Source: an uncultured Sulfurospirillum sp. (lineage in GTDB: Bacteria; Campylobacterota; Campylobacteria; Campylobacterales; QNZT01). Taken from it: 64,000 nt of DNA. The translations under genes and the position numbers were made by a program. The stretch covers positions 422 to 64,421 of the forward strand of contig CAZNIT010000041.1 of NCBI GenBank assembly GCA_964573205.1, in the 5' to 3' direction. Positions within the stretch are counted from its first letter, which is position 1. Every line of letters starts with the position of its first letter. Shown here in pieces: positions 29,929-40,028 of this stretch. The notes below the pieces were generated by a model. That model ran no database searches. It worked only from the letters and a program-made list of their open reading frames with translations, and was not told the DNA's origin.

Positions 29929-30498
29929 ATGAAAAGATCAATTTTACTGACAAGTTTTCTGGCTTTAAGTTTATGGGCTGTGGATTTTTCCCAAATGACT
30001 ACGGAACAACTCATACAAATGAGAGGAAGCGTAGCGGTTGAAGATAGAGACGCTTATAGAGCACAAATGCAAAGCCGTCTGCAAAACATGACGCAAGAAG
30101 AGAGAGCGGCATTTATGGCTTCTCGTCAAGTATCTGGTATGGGCGGTAATATGGGAGCGGATAGACCGACATTTACGCAGCTCGATAGTGATGGTGACGG
30201 TAAAATCACGCAATCTGAACTTGAAGCGGCACAGGCGGCGCGAATGGAAGCAAAAGCGGCACAAGGCAGACTCTTGAAAAATGCAGGCAATGCACCGGCT
30301 TTTTCAACACTCGATACAAACGGTGACGGTTCTATCGACGCAAATGAATTTCAAGCACAACAACAAGCGGCAATGCAATCACGCATGAAAAATATGCGGC
30401 AGCGAGGAAATCAAATGAATACTCAAATGAGTGAAACACGCCTTCAAAACGGTTCAAGAAGAGGTCAAATGATGCAAGGCATGGGTAGAGGCCGGTAA
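29929..30498 (+). CDS. secreted EF-hand calcium-binding protein
   Basis: 189 aa. Signal peptide. Two canonical EF loops, DSDGDGKITQSE and DTNGDGSIDANE. Gln/Met/Arg-rich tail. Confidence 0.75.
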   Translation: MKRSILLTSFLALSLWAVDFSQMTTEQLIQMRGSVAVEDRDAYRAQMQSRLQNMTQEERAAFMASRQVSGMGGNMGADRPTFTQLDSDGDGKITQSELEAAQAARMEAKAAQGRLLKNAGNAPAFSTLDTNGDGSIDANEFQAQQQAAMQSRMKNMRQRGNQMNTQMSETRLQNGSRRGQMMQGMGRGR

Positions 30499-30513
30499 TT
30501 TTACCGGCCTTTT
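30489..30513 (+). terminator. rho-independent terminator overlapping the EF-hand gene stop
   Basis: AGGCCGGTAA/TTACCGGCCT inverted repeat followed by TTT. Confidence 0.7.
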
Positions 30514-30565
30514 AAATTATCTTTTATATCGCATGAGCTTAAACTTATGATAATTATTCATTTTT

Positions 30566-30574
30566 TGCTATAAT
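30566..30574 (+). promoter_or_regulatory. extended -10 element (TGCTATAAT)
   Basis: Lies 23 nt upstream of the TTG start at 30597, which has an AAGGAG RBS. Confidence 0.45.
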
Positions 30575-30596
30575 ATCATATTTTAAGGAGCAGGTA

Positions 30597-30908
30597 TTGA
30601 GAACTATTATTAAAATTTTTATTTTCACTTTACTATTTACATCTTTATCTTATAGTTATTCTCACAATCAGATAAAAGTGATACAGACGGAACTTTCCGA
30701 TCTAGGTTTTGATCCCGGAATCATAGACGGAAAGATGGGTCCAAATACCGCAAACGCTATAAAAGATTTTCAAAAAAGTATCGGTGAAAGACCCAGCGGA
30801 AAACTAAACAGACACACATACTACAAAATCCATAACGCGGCAAATAGCGTAACCGCCGGTTTTTCTCATGAGGCGGAAGAGCTAAACGGTATTAAAAGAC
30901 CGGAATAA
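30597..30908 (+). CDS. small exported peptidoglycan-binding (PG_binding_1-like) protein
   Basis: 103 aa. Signal peptide. LSDLGFDPGIIDGKMGPNTANAIKDFQKSIGERPSGKL matches the PG-binding repeat pattern. Confidence 0.7.
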   Translation: MRTIIKIFIFTLLFTSLSYSYSHNQIKVIQTELSDLGFDPGIIDGKMGPNTANAIKDFQKSIGERPSGKLNRHTYYKIHNAANSVTAGFSHEAEELNGIKRPE

Positions 30909-30933
30909 AACCATAAGACTTTATCTTCTTCTT

Positions 30934-30942
30934 TGATATAAT
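30934..30942 (+). promoter_or_regulatory. extended -10 element (TGATATAAT) upstream of the ATPase gene
   Basis: Lies 30 nt upstream of ATG 30972 (RBS AAGGAG). This implies the ATPase-methyltransferase pair is its own transcription unit. Confidence 0.5.
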
Positions 30943-30971
30943 CATAACAAATTGTAGTCAAAGGAGAAGAG

Positions 30972-33362
30972 ATGGGTGCTGAAACCGCTGAAGTTTATGA
31001 GAAATTGGGACTTTTTTATCTAGGTCGTGAAAAAGATATAACAACCGGCGAAGATAAAGATGATCTTTTACTGATAAAAAATAAAAATCTCACTACTCAT
31101 GCAACCATAATAGGAATGACGGGAAGCGGTAAAACAGGTCTTGGCGTATCTATCATAGAAGAGGCGGTTTTGGATAAAATCCCCTCCATCGTCATCGACC
31201 CGAAAGGAGATATGGGAAATCTCCTGCTGGCGTTTGACGATTTCGATCCAAAAAAATTCGAACCATGGCTAGATAAAACTCAAGCTGAAGCCAAAGGTAT
31301 GGATATTCCCTCTTTGGCAAAAAAAACGGCTACGATGTGGGAAGAGGGAATCAAAAGCTGGAATCAAGACAGAGATAGAGTAAAACGCTATAAAAACGGA
31401 GCCGACTTTACCATTTACACACCGGGAAGTTCCGCCGGAATAAGTCTAAGCGTTCTTAGCGATTTTGAAGCACCAAGTGCAGATGTTATCGACGATCCCG
31501 ATACTTTCGCATATATGCTAAGCTCCACCGTCTCTTCTGTTTTGGCTCTCGTTGGCGAAGATATCGATCCTCTTACGAGTAAACCCTATCTTCTTTTAAC
31601 GACTATTTTCAAATATTTTTGGAAAAAAGAGATCTCTTTGAGTCTTGAAGAGCTCATAGGTCATGTAACGAATCCCCCGTTTGAAAAGATAGGCGTTTTG
31701 CCTCTTAAAAGTTTCTATCCTCAAAACGAAAGATTAAAGCTCGCTATGCTTTTAAACAATGTCCTTGCAAGCCCTACTTTTGAAAACTGGATAAAAGGAG
31801 AGAGTCTCGATATCCAAAAACTGCTATACACCGAAGATGCCAAACCAAGAGTCGCTATTTTTTCCATCTCACACCTAAACGACAATGAAAGAATGTTTTT
31901 TGTAACGCTACTTTTGAACAGATATATATCATGGATGAGAACTCTAAGCGGCACAAGCACCCTTAAAACGCTACTTTATATGGATGAAATTTTCGGTTTT
32001 TTCCCCGCCACTTCGAATCCTCCTTCGAAAGATCCGATGCTTCTTCTGTTAAAACAAGCCAGAGCTTACGGTATCGGAGTGGTTTTATCGACTCAAAACC
32101 CCGTCGATCTTGATTATAAAGGTCTTTCGAATATCGGCTCATGGTTTATAGGACGACTCCAAACCAAACAAGATATCGATAGGGTTTTAAACGGTCTGAT
32201 AAAAAGCGGATCCGACGCTTTGGATAAAAAAAGCGTTACGCAACTTCTCTCGAATATGAAAAAAAGAACATTTTTGCTAAAAAGCGCACATAGAGACAAA
32301 ATCACTCTTTTTGGAACGAGATGGGTTTTAAGTTATCTGGCGGGTCCTCTTTCAAAACCGCAGATCAAGATACTTATGAAAGATAAAAAAGAGGCTTTAA
32401 AACATGAAGAAAAAAAGACCAAATCATCCCCGAAAGCCTCCGAAAAGATCACCGCTACAAAAAGCGCTCCCCCTGTGTTGAGTGAAGATATCGACCAATA
32501 CTATTTGAATACGAAGAAAGAAGATTGCAGATATGTCCCCTACCTACTGGCAAACGCGACCATCCGCTACTACAATGCGAAAAGAGCGATCGATGAAGAG
32601 GAATCTTTTTACTTTAAATACCCGTTAAACGAGAGAGAAAAAGATATATCATGGCAAGAGCCGATGATAAACGAGGACGATTTCGATCTATATGACATCG
32701 CCCCTTTGCAAGCTTGCGAATATGCTAGGCTTCCCTCTTTTATAACCGAGCTTAAAAATCTCAAACCTCTTGAGAAAGAGTTTATGAACTATCTATATCA
32801 TAAAGAGAGATTGACTCTTTATCGAGTAGAGAAGTTAAAACTCGAATCTGAAGTTTATGAGAGTAAAGAAGATTTTAAAATCAGAGTGCAGGATTTTCTC
32901 CGTGATAAAAAAGAGCTGGAAATTGAAAATTTAAAAGAGAAATTCGGCAAAAAGAGAGAATCTCTCGAAAAGAGACTCTCGCGTGCGCTTGAGAGACTTC
33001 AAAAAGAGGAAGCGGATGTAAGTGCGAGTACCACCAATACCGTTTTATCTTTCGGTATGACGATTTTGGACGCTTTTTTAGGACGAAGCGCCATTAAAAG
33101 AAGTACGACCGCAAAAGCCGGCTCGGCATTAAAAAACGCCGGTAACCTTTATCGTCAAAAAGACGATGTCCAAAGAGCACAACAAAGAGTCGATGAGATA
33201 GAGGAGGAGATCAACGAACTTCAAGAAGAGTTACTCGAAGAAATCGACGAAATAAGTGAAGCGTACGATATTGACAACTTCAAAATAGAGCCTTTTTACA
33301 TCAAACCAAGAAGAAGCGATATAAGCGATACGGAAGTCGCTCTTCTTTGGGAGAGTATTTAG
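30972..33362 (+). CDS. FtsK/HerA-superfamily P-loop NTPase (DUF87/YjgR-like core) with long C-terminal coiled-coil extension
   Basis: 796 aa. Walker A GMTGSGKTG (aa 48-56), Walker B LLYMDE (aa 334-339), STQNP sensor-like motif (aa 373-377). Lys-rich linker around aa 466-500. Glu/Lys-rich heptad region around aa 640-770. Confidence 0.75.
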   Translation: MGAETAEVYEKLGLFYLGREKDITTGEDKDDLLLIKNKNLTTHATIIGMTGSGKTGLGVSIIEEAVLDKIPSIVIDPKGDMGNLLLAFDDFDPKKFEPWLDKTQAEAKGMDIPSLAKKTATMWEEGIKSWNQDRDRVKRYKNGADFTIYTPGSSAGISLSVLSDFEAPSADVIDDPDTFAYMLSSTVSSVLALVGEDIDPLTSKPYLLLTTIFKYFWKKEISLSLEELIGHVTNPPFEKIGVLPLKSFYPQNERLKLAMLLNNVLASPTFENWIKGESLDIQKLLYTEDAKPRVAIFSISHLNDNERMFFVTLLLNRYISWMRTLSGTSTLKTLLYMDEIFGFFPATSNPPSKDPMLLLLKQARAYGIGVVLSTQNPVDLDYKGLSNIGSWFIGRLQTKQDIDRVLNGLIKSGSDALDKKSVTQLLSNMKKRTFLLKSAHRDKITLFGTRWVLSYLAGPLSKPQIKILMKDKKEALKHEEKKTKSSPKASEKITATKSAPPVLSEDIDQYYLNTKKEDCRYVPYLLANATIRYYNAKRAIDEEESFYFKYPLNEREKDISWQEPMINEDDFDLYDIAPLQACEYARLPSFITELKNLKPLEKEFMNYLYHKERLTLYRVEKLKLESEVYESKEDFKIRVQDFLRDKKELEIENLKEKFGKKRESLEKRLSRALERLQKEEADVSASTTNTVLSFGMTILDAFLGRSAIKRSTTAKAGSALKNAGNLYRQKDDVQRAQQRVDEIEEEINELQEELLEEIDEISEAYDIDNFKIEPFYIKPRRSDISDTEVALLWESI

Positions 33363-33964
33363 TGAAAGAGGATCTTTTCGCAAACAGATCAAAATCATGG
33401 GATAGCAAATCTCTTCGTGTTCAAAACGCAAAAGCCATTGCAAATAAAATTATTGAGAATATTAATTTAAACAAAAATATGCATCTGCTTGATCTGGGAG
33501 CGGGAACAGGACTTTTAAGCTTCTTTTTATCAGACCACATAAGAAAAATCACCGCTCTTGACAACTCGGCTTCAATGCTTGAAGTCTTTAAAAGCAAACA
33601 AGATCGATTCAACTGCCAAACAGATATAATTTATGCGGATATTACAAAAGAGAGGATAGATGAAAAATTCGACGGAATAATCTCATCTATGACAATACAC
33701 CATATAAAAGATATAAAAAAACTTTTTGAAACACTTCGTGTGTTATTAAATCCGGGAGGCTTCATAGCTCTTGCAGATCTCGTAAGCGAAGACGGCTCAT
33801 TTCATGACAACAATACAGGAGTTTACCACAAAGGTTTTGATATAAAAGAGTTAACTCTACAAGCAAAACAAAGCGGCTTTAAAGAGATCAAAATAACACA
33901 TGCGGGTACTATCAAAAAACCTCATAACTCATTTGATGTTTTTTTACTTACAGCCTTTGTTTAA
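33347..33964 (+). CDS. class I SAM-dependent methyltransferase (small-molecule/protein type)
   Basis: 205 aa. Motif I LLDLGAGTGLL and a post-I acidic residue (ALD). No DPPY/NPPY-type DNA methyltransferase motif. The start overlaps the ATPase stop; an alternative GTG start at 33362 shares a base with the TAG. Confidence 0.8.
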   Translation: MGEYLVKEDLFANRSKSWDSKSLRVQNAKAIANKIIENINLNKNMHLLDLGAGTGLLSFFLSDHIRKITALDNSASMLEVFKSKQDRFNCQTDIIYADITKERIDEKFDGIISSMTIHHIKDIKKLFETLRVLLNPGGFIALADLVSEDGSFHDNNTGVYHKGFDIKELTLQAKQSGFKEIKITHAGTIKKPHNSFDVFLLTAFV

Positions 33965-33973
33965 GTGATATCG

Positions 33974-34618
33974 CTAAGATATTCCGCTTCGATCTTCAAT
34001 ACTTAGATTTTCCTGCTGAGTCTCTTCTTCTGAGAGAGAAAGCAACTCTTTGTACTGGCTAATGGCACCCTCAACCCTGCCACCTTCGTTGGAAATGTTA
34101 TTCACAAACATACTGCCCTTTACAAGACCTGTCTCTTTTGTAGATAAAAGCTCGCAAGCGACATCTCCAAGAAGCGAACCGCTGACTACGACTTTTTTGG
34201 CTTGAACTCTCTCTTCGACTACTCCACCCTGCTCTATTATTAACTCTTCACACAACATATCTCCCTGAATTTTTCCATGAACATATACATTTTGAGCATA
34301 GATTCTATAGCCTATGCTCGAAGAACTCATAACTTCAAGATCGTTGCACTCGATGCTACCGTTTATAACGCCGCTACTTATAACTTTCAACGCTTCGATA
34401 TCTCCGTTGACAACACCGCTTTTGCCTATAACAACAATATTGTCAACTTTGATACTTCCTTCTATATCTCCGTCAATATGAATAGAATCATCACCGACGA
34501 GATTGCCGACGATCGTCGTACCTTTAGTAATGATCGTCGCCGTTTTTGCCGTATCCTTCATAGCCGCGGACTCAACTCTCTTCTCTTTTTCTTGTTTGTT
34601 CGATCTAAAAAGCGCCAT
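33974..34618 (-). CDS. ccmA: bactofilin (CcmA-like polymer-forming cytoskeletal protein)
   Basis: 214 aa. Repetitive beta-helix pattern (GxIxGxIxxxxxVxIxxxGxVxG). Directly downstream of an M23 peptidase gene, as in H. pylori csd1/ccmA. Confidence 0.8.
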   Translation of the reverse strand: MALFRSNKQEKEKRVESAAMKDTAKTATIITKGTTIVGNLVGDDSIHIDGDIEGSIKVDNIVVIGKSGVVNGDIEALKVISSGVINGSIECNDLEVMSSSSIGYRIYAQNVYVHGKIQGDMLCEELIIEQGGVVEERVQAKKVVVSGSLLGDVACELLSTKETGLVKGSMFVNNISNEGGRVEGAISQYKELLSLSEEETQQENLSIEDRSGIS

Positions 34619-35564
34619 AGCTTATCCTTATATTATTTATATTGTTCAATGCCTGTATTTGAAGTCTGGTCTCTATCTGATTCATCAGTGCCACCCAGTT
34701 TACCGCACTCTCACTAGCCATAACATCCATATAAGTGGAAGATGACCAGTTTAAAAACTTTTGAGGATTTAACCATTTATTCAGATACCTGATCTCAAAA
34801 TGAAGATGCGATCCCGTACTTCGCCCCGTATTTCCGACATAACCGATTATATCACCTTTTGAGATATAATCACCCTTTTTAACGGCAAATCCGCTTAAAT
34901 GTCCGTACGCCGTCTTAAAGCCGAAGGGATGATCTATAAGGAGATAATTTCCGTACGTTCCTTTCCCTTTAGCATACTCCACAACACCATCGGCGGTAGC
35001 GTAAATAGGCGTACCGATTGCGGCACTGAAATCTATACCGGCGTGAAATTGTCTTTTTTTAGTTATAGGATGGATTCTATATCCGAATTTATCCGTAATT
35101 TTTTTATATTTTTTTAGAGGTATGCCGTTTGGCACGCTTCTATTTAAAATCGACAATTGAGCCACGGTAACTCTTGTTTGTTGAACTTTTTGCACCATTT
35201 TATCTTTCGCGCTGTTTGCGCGATCGTCAAAAGCCGACTCAATATTCGGCTCAAGTCCAACTATTTTTTCGATTTCGGACAGGTGTTCGTTCATCGACTC
35301 GAGAGTTTCGCTCTTTCGTAATATATCCGTCTGTAAAGCTTTATTTTTTCGTTCCAACTCTTTTTTCGTCTGAACCAAACCATCCGTCAAAGTGTTTAAT
35401 TCCTCCACTTCATCACTCAAAGAGTTAACTACCAGCGCACCTATGGCGAATATGACGACAACTGCCAAAACAATCCACACGACGAAAACTTTTATAATTT
35501 GATGCAGAGTGTATTGCTTGACACCGTTTATATCACTGACAGTAATTATAAATTTATTCTTCAA
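34605..35564 (-). CDS. M23-family metallopeptidase with N-terminal TM and coiled coil (Csd1/2-like)
   Basis: 319 aa. HAGIDFSA and GNTGRSTGSHLHFEI zinc motifs. 14-nt overlap with the bactofilin gene. Confidence 0.87.
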   Translation of the reverse strand: MKNKFIITVSDINGVKQYTLHQIIKVFVVWIVLAVVVIFAIGALVVNSLSDEVEELNTLTDGLVQTKKELERKNKALQTDILRKSETLESMNEHLSEIEKIVGLEPNIESAFDDRANSAKDKMVQKVQQTRVTVAQLSILNRSVPNGIPLKKYKKITDKFGYRIHPITKKRQFHAGIDFSAAIGTPIYATADGVVEYAKGKGTYGNYLLIDHPFGFKTAYGHLSGFAVKKGDYISKGDIIGYVGNTGRSTGSHLHFEIRYLNKWLNPQKFLNWSSSTYMDVMASESAVNWVALMNQIETRLQIQALNNINNIRISYGAF

Positions 35565-35716
35565 GCTTTACCTTACTAAGTTAATCTAAAGTACTATATT
35601 AAGGTAATTTTTAAAAAATGTAAACTAAAGTGGAGAGTTTTTCCAAATAAATTGACATATCGTTAACTTTTGAAACATTTTACCGGAAGCGGTAAAGAAA
35701 TATTAACAATCGAAAT

Positions 35717-36322
35717 TTATATACCGCTTTCAACCTCTTTTATCCAAAACGGTATGACTTTTTGCTCCTCTTTAAGAGTGGTCGATGGACCGTGTCCCGG
35801 ATAAATGGTAAAATCCTCTTTTATCGCCATCGCTTTTTTAAGACTCAAAGCCATATCTTTTGCGCTTGAAGCGGGAAAATCCCACCTGCCTATTGACTGA
35901 CGAAACAAAAAATCACCGCTAAACCAAACGCTCCCTTTTTCTATCACCGAACAACCCGGAGTATGACCTGGAAAATGCCTGAAAAGGAAATTTACACCTT
36001 CGATATTTACCGTTTCGTCGTGATCAACCGCATAATCGACCTTACTAGGCGGAGTCCCTTGCCCCAAAGGATCGCTTTCCAACATAAAGATGTCATCTTT
36101 AGGAGCGTAAATCTTTATTTTCAATCTCTCTTTCAACTCTTTATTGCTCCAAATATGATCAAAATGTCCATGAGTATTTAAAATAGCAACGGGATTTTTA
36201 ACATTTTCCATCACCCACTCAACAGCCCCGACACCCGGATCAATGATAAAATCTCTCCCCTCGTCGCTTAAAATATAACAATTCGTCTGATATACCCCCA
36301 TTGGCCGCATCTTGATTTGCAT
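35717..36322 (-). CDS. MBL-fold metallo-hydrolase
   Basis: 201 aa. NTHGHFDH (HxHxDH) and downstream His/Asp ligands. Confidence 0.85.
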   Translation of the reverse strand: MQIKMRPMGVYQTNCYILSDEGRDFIIDPGVGAVEWVMENVKNPVAILNTHGHFDHIWSNKELKERLKIKIYAPKDDIFMLESDPLGQGTPPSKVDYAVDHDETVNIEGVNFLFRHFPGHTPGCSVIEKGSVWFSGDFLFRQSIGRWDFPASSAKDMALSLKKAMAIKEDFTIYPGHGPSTTLKEEQKVIPFWIKEVESGI

Positions 36323-36353
36323 GATGAACTATCCTCGATTTTTTCGGATAATC

Positions 36354-36842
36354 TTAGCATATATCTCTGTAAAACGCACTTGTACCTTTTTGAGCGATAC
36401 TTTCAAAAAGCCTTATTTCTTTCGATACTTCGCCTATTTTTTTACCCTTGTATTCTTCCATTTTTTCCCTAAACGCATTTTTATCCAAAATCCTCTTAAC
36501 ACGACAAAGCGTTATATGGGGCTTGAATCCGTCAAGTTCAAATCCCTCTTTTTTAAATTCATCAACCTTTTTCAACAGCTCTTTTGTTTGCGGCTTTGCA
36601 TAAAATATCTTTACGGGCCTGCCGAATGAGCCCATCGATTTGATCAAAACTCTCTCACATAAAAAAGATATATTATACATAGCTTCCAATATCGAATTCA
36701 CATCGTCTCTTTCGCCTAAAAAAACCCAGGTTAGATGTAAGTTTTCTTCACTTACCCAACGCCCCTTGACAAAAGGCGAAAAATCTTCCACGATCTTTCG
36801 ATGCTTATATATCCTCACCGGTGAAGCTATAAAAAGCCGCAT
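36354..36842 (-). CDS. 2H-phosphoesterase / 2'-5' RNA ligase (LigT/ThpR-like)
   Basis: 162 aa. Two HxT/S motifs, HLTW and HITL. Confidence 0.7.
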   Translation of the reverse strand: MRLFIASPVRIYKHRKIVEDFSPFVKGRWVSEENLHLTWVFLGERDDVNSILEAMYNISFLCERVLIKSMGSFGRPVKIFYAKPQTKELLKKVDEFKKEGFELDGFKPHITLCRVKRILDKNAFREKMEEYKGKKIGEVSKEIRLFESIAQKGTSAFYRDIC

Positions 36843-37107
36843 AAAACTTCCTTATCAAATATGTAATTATATTATACATCGATTATACAAAAATCGATCG
36901 CTTTGGCTCCAACTTCATATACGACATTGATGTATAAACCGATCCAAACCGTATTGATTATACCGATAATTCCTGATACGAAAAACATGCCCAAAGCATT
37001 TGAATAGAACTTGTAAAAGCACCGTAAAAAGGCTTCTTTTATCAATCTAAGTCTTTTGTCAGAGATATTTCAATAGAATATCACACAAAAAACACGGGGG
37101 CACAGAA

Positions 37108-38037
37108 ATGAGGGGCTATAAAGTCTTTTCCGGTACGGCAAATCAAGAATTTTCAAAATCAGTTGCAAAATATCTCTCTATTCCACTTTCAGAAGCGACG
37201 ATCAACAGATTCAGTGACGGTGAGATAAATGTCCAAATAAGCGAAAGCGTAAGAGGAAGAGATGTTTTCATCATTCAATCCACCTGCGCTCCGGCAAACG
37301 CCAACTTGATGGAGCTTTTAATCATGACCGACGCTTTAAGAAGAAGCTCGGCAAACTCCATCACCGCGATCGTTCCGTATTTCGGATATGCCAGACAAGA
37401 TAGAAAAGCAGCACCCAGAGTTCCGATCACCGCGAAACTTGTAGCAAATCTTTTTGAAACGGCGGGAATCGACAGAGTGGTAACGGTAGATCTTCATGCG
37501 GGACAAATTCAAGGGTTTTTCGACATACCTGTCGATAACCTTTACGGTTCCATTATATTTAAAGATTATCTTCAAAGAAAAAACCTCAAAAATCCTATCA
37601 TCGCCAGTCCGGACATCGGTGGAGTCGCCAGAGCGAGAAGTTTTGCCAAACAGTTAAGTCTCGACATCGTCATCATAGATAAAAGAAGAGAAAAAGCCAA
37701 CGAAAGCGAAGTGATGAATATCATAGGAAATGTTGATGGAAAAGATGTCATTCTCATCGACGATATGATCGATACCGCGGGAACGATCGTAAAAGCGGCG
37801 GCCGCACTGAAAAAAAACGGCGCAAATTCCGCTATGGCTTTTTGCACACATCCGGTTTTGAGCGGACCGGCGTATGAGCGTATAGAAAAGGGTGAACTCG
37901 ACGAACTGGTCGTAACGGATACGATCCCTCTTACACAAGAGTGCGAGAAAATCACGGTTTTATCGGTCGCTCATCTCTTTAGTGAAGTTATTAGAAGAAT
38001 ATATCACAACGAAAGTGTAAACGGACTATTTATATAA
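37108..38037 (+). CDS. prs: ribose-phosphate pyrophosphokinase
   Basis: 309 aa. Conserved throughout, including the [11 protein letters not shown] and [17 protein letters not shown] loop. Confidence 0.95.
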   Translation: MRGYKVFSGTANQEFSKSVAKYLSIPLSEATINRFSDGEINVQISESVRGRDVFIIQSTCAPANANLMELLIMTDALRRSSANSITAIVPYFGYARQDRKAAPRVPITAKLVANLFETAGIDRVVTVDLHAGQIQGFFDIPVDNLYGSIIFKDYLQRKNLKNPIIASPDIGGVARARSFAKQLSLDIVIIDKRREKANESEVMNIIGNVDGKDVILIDDMIDTAGTIVKAAAALKKNGANSAMAFCTHPVLSGPAYERIEKGELDELVVTDTIPLTQECEKITVLSVAHLFSEVIRRIYHNESVNGLFI

Positions 38038-38046
38038 GGCTTTTAA

Positions 38047-39840
38047 ATGCAAAAAAACATTCGTAACTTCTCGATTATCGCACATATAGATCATGGCAAA
38101 AGCACGCTTGCCGATCGTCTCATACAAGAATGCGGCGCGGTAAGCGACAGACAGATGAGTGCGCAAATGATGGATACGATGGATATAGAAAAAGAGCGTG
38201 GAATCACTATAAAAGCCCAAAGTGTACGTTTAAAATATGAAAAAGACTCAAAGATTTATACGCTAAATCTCATCGATACGCCAGGTCATGTTGACTTCTC
38301 ATACGAAGTTAGTCGCTCTCTTGCTTCAAGTGAAGGAGCACTCTTGATAGTAGATGCCAGCCAAGGCGTTGAAGCACAGACTATCGCAAATGTCTATATA
38401 GCGCTCGACAACGATCTTGAGTTAATCCCGGTTATAAATAAAATCGATCTTCCCGCCGCCGATCCCGATCTGGTAAAAGAGGAGATAGAGCATACTATCG
38501 GTCTTGATTGTACCGATGCAATCGAAACAAGCGCGAAAACGGGAGTCGGAATAAAAGAGCTACTTGACGCCATAATAGATCGTATCCCCGCTCCGCAAGG
38601 AGATGAAAACGCACCGACCAAAGCTCTCATCTACGATAGTTGGTTTGATAACTATTTAGGCGCTTTAGCCCTTGTAAGGGTCTATGACGGAGAGATTAAG
38701 AAGGGGCAAAATGTTCTTGTTATGGGTACAAAAAACCAACATGAAGTTCTCTCTCTTACCTACCCTCACCCGATCAAACCGGTAAAAACGGATGTTATAA
38801 AAACGGGTGAAATAGGAATAGTCTCACTCGGACTTAAAAATGTCGGTGATGTCAGAGTCGGCGATACCATAACGGATGCGAAAAATCCTACCCCGAAGAT
38901 GATAGAGGGATTTGAAGAGGCGAAAGCCTTTGTTTTTGCGGGACTATACCCGATAGAAACGGATAAATTCGAAGATTTGAGAGACGCTCTTGACAAACTC
39001 AAACTAAACGATTCCAGCATTTCATATGAACCTGAAACTTCAGTGGCGCTTGGTTTTGGATTTCGCGTCGGCTTTTTAGGAATGCTTCATATGGAAGTTG
39101 TAAAAGAGAGGCTTGAGAGGGAGTTCGGGCTTGATCTCATCGCAACCGCGCCGACGGTTATATATAAAGTGATCAAAAGCGACGGCAGCGAAATAGAGAT
39201 CCACAACCCGAGCGAACTTCCTCCCGTAAACGAGATAGACAAGATCCTCGAGCCATATGTAAAAGCTACTATCCTAACTCCAAGCGAATACTTGGGAAAT
39301 GTCATCACTCTGGTAAATGACAAACGGGGGATTCAAGAGAAGATGGACTATATCACCCCGGAGCGTGTATTGCTTGAATACGCCATACCTATGAACGAAA
39401 TAGTTATGGACTTTTACGACAAACTAAAATCGACGACAAAAGGGTATGCCAGTTTTGATTATGAGCCGACCGGTTACAAAGAAGGCGATCTTGTAAAGCT
39501 CGATATCAGAGTTGCCGGTGAAGTTGTCGATGCGCTCTCCATCATCGTACCGAGATCAAAAGCTATGAGCAAAGGTCGCGAGTTTGTCAAACAGATGAAA
39601 GAGCTCGTTCCAAGACAGCTTTTTGAAGTTGCCATTCAAGCGAGTATCGGAAATAAAATCATCTCAAGAGAAACTGTAAAATCGATGGGTAAAAATGTTA
39701 CGGCAAAATGCTACGGCGGTGATATTACAAGGAAAAGAAAACTTTTGGAAAAGCAAAAAGCCGGTAAAAAGAGAATGAAATCCATCGGAAAAGTTCAACT
39801 TCCTCAAGAAGCTTTTTTGACGGTATTGAAGATCGACTAA
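38047..39840 (+). CDS. lepA: translation elongation factor 4
   Basis: 597 aa. GTPase motifs [17 protein letters not shown] and NKIDL. LepA-specific C-terminal domain. Confidence 0.95.
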   Translation: MQKNIRNFSIIAHIDHGKSTLADRLIQECGAVSDRQMSAQMMDTMDIEKERGITIKAQSVRLKYEKDSKIYTLNLIDTPGHVDFSYEVSRSLASSEGALLIVDASQGVEAQTIANVYIALDNDLELIPVINKIDLPAADPDLVKEEIEHTIGLDCTDAIETSAKTGVGIKELLDAIIDRIPAPQGDENAPTKALIYDSWFDNYLGALALVRVYDGEIKKGQNVLVMGTKNQHEVLSLTYPHPIKPVKTDVIKTGEIGIVSLGLKNVGDVRVGDTITDAKNPTPKMIEGFEEAKAFVFAGLYPIETDKFEDLRDALDKLKLNDSSISYEPETSVALGFGFRVGFLGMLHMEVVKERLEREFGLDLIATAPTVIYKVIKSDGSEIEIHNPSELPPVNEIDKILEPYVKATILTPSEYLGNVITLVNDKRGIQEKMDYITPERVLLEYAIPMNEIVMDFYDKLKSTTKGYASFDYEPTGYKEGDLVKLDIRVAGEVVDALSIIVPRSKAMSKGREFVKQMKELVPRQLFEVAIQASIGNKIISRETVKSMGKNVTAKCYGGDITRKRKLLEKQKAGKKRMKSIGKVQLPQEAFLTVLKID

Positions 39841-40028
39841 GTTTTTTATACCGCTTCAATTCTTCACTAAGATAGCTCATTTTAAACTAATTTTCCGACA
39901 ATTTATCATAATAATCGAATTTTATTTTAAAAAATTAAAATAGTTTAATTTTTCAAGAAATCCTTAACTTTATTCTTATTTAAATATTGATATTATTTAA
40001 ATAATAAAATACAACTTCAAGGAAATCG

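Noticed and set aside
30972-33964. ATPase + methyltransferase as a restriction-modification, BREX or other known defence system
   Set aside because: The methyltransferase is small (205 aa), of the Methyltransf_11/25 small-molecule type, and lacks a DPPY/NPPY or cytosine-C5 motif. No nuclease, SIR2, TIR or helicase partner is present. I report it only as an unexplained gene pair.
36843-37107. 265-bp spacer upstream of prs inspected for a riboswitch, sRNA or pseudogene (includes track ORF 36640..36930)
   Set aside because: I could see no convincing stem-loop architecture, conserved riboswitch core or residual coding similarity. It most simply holds divergent promoters for ligT-like and prs.
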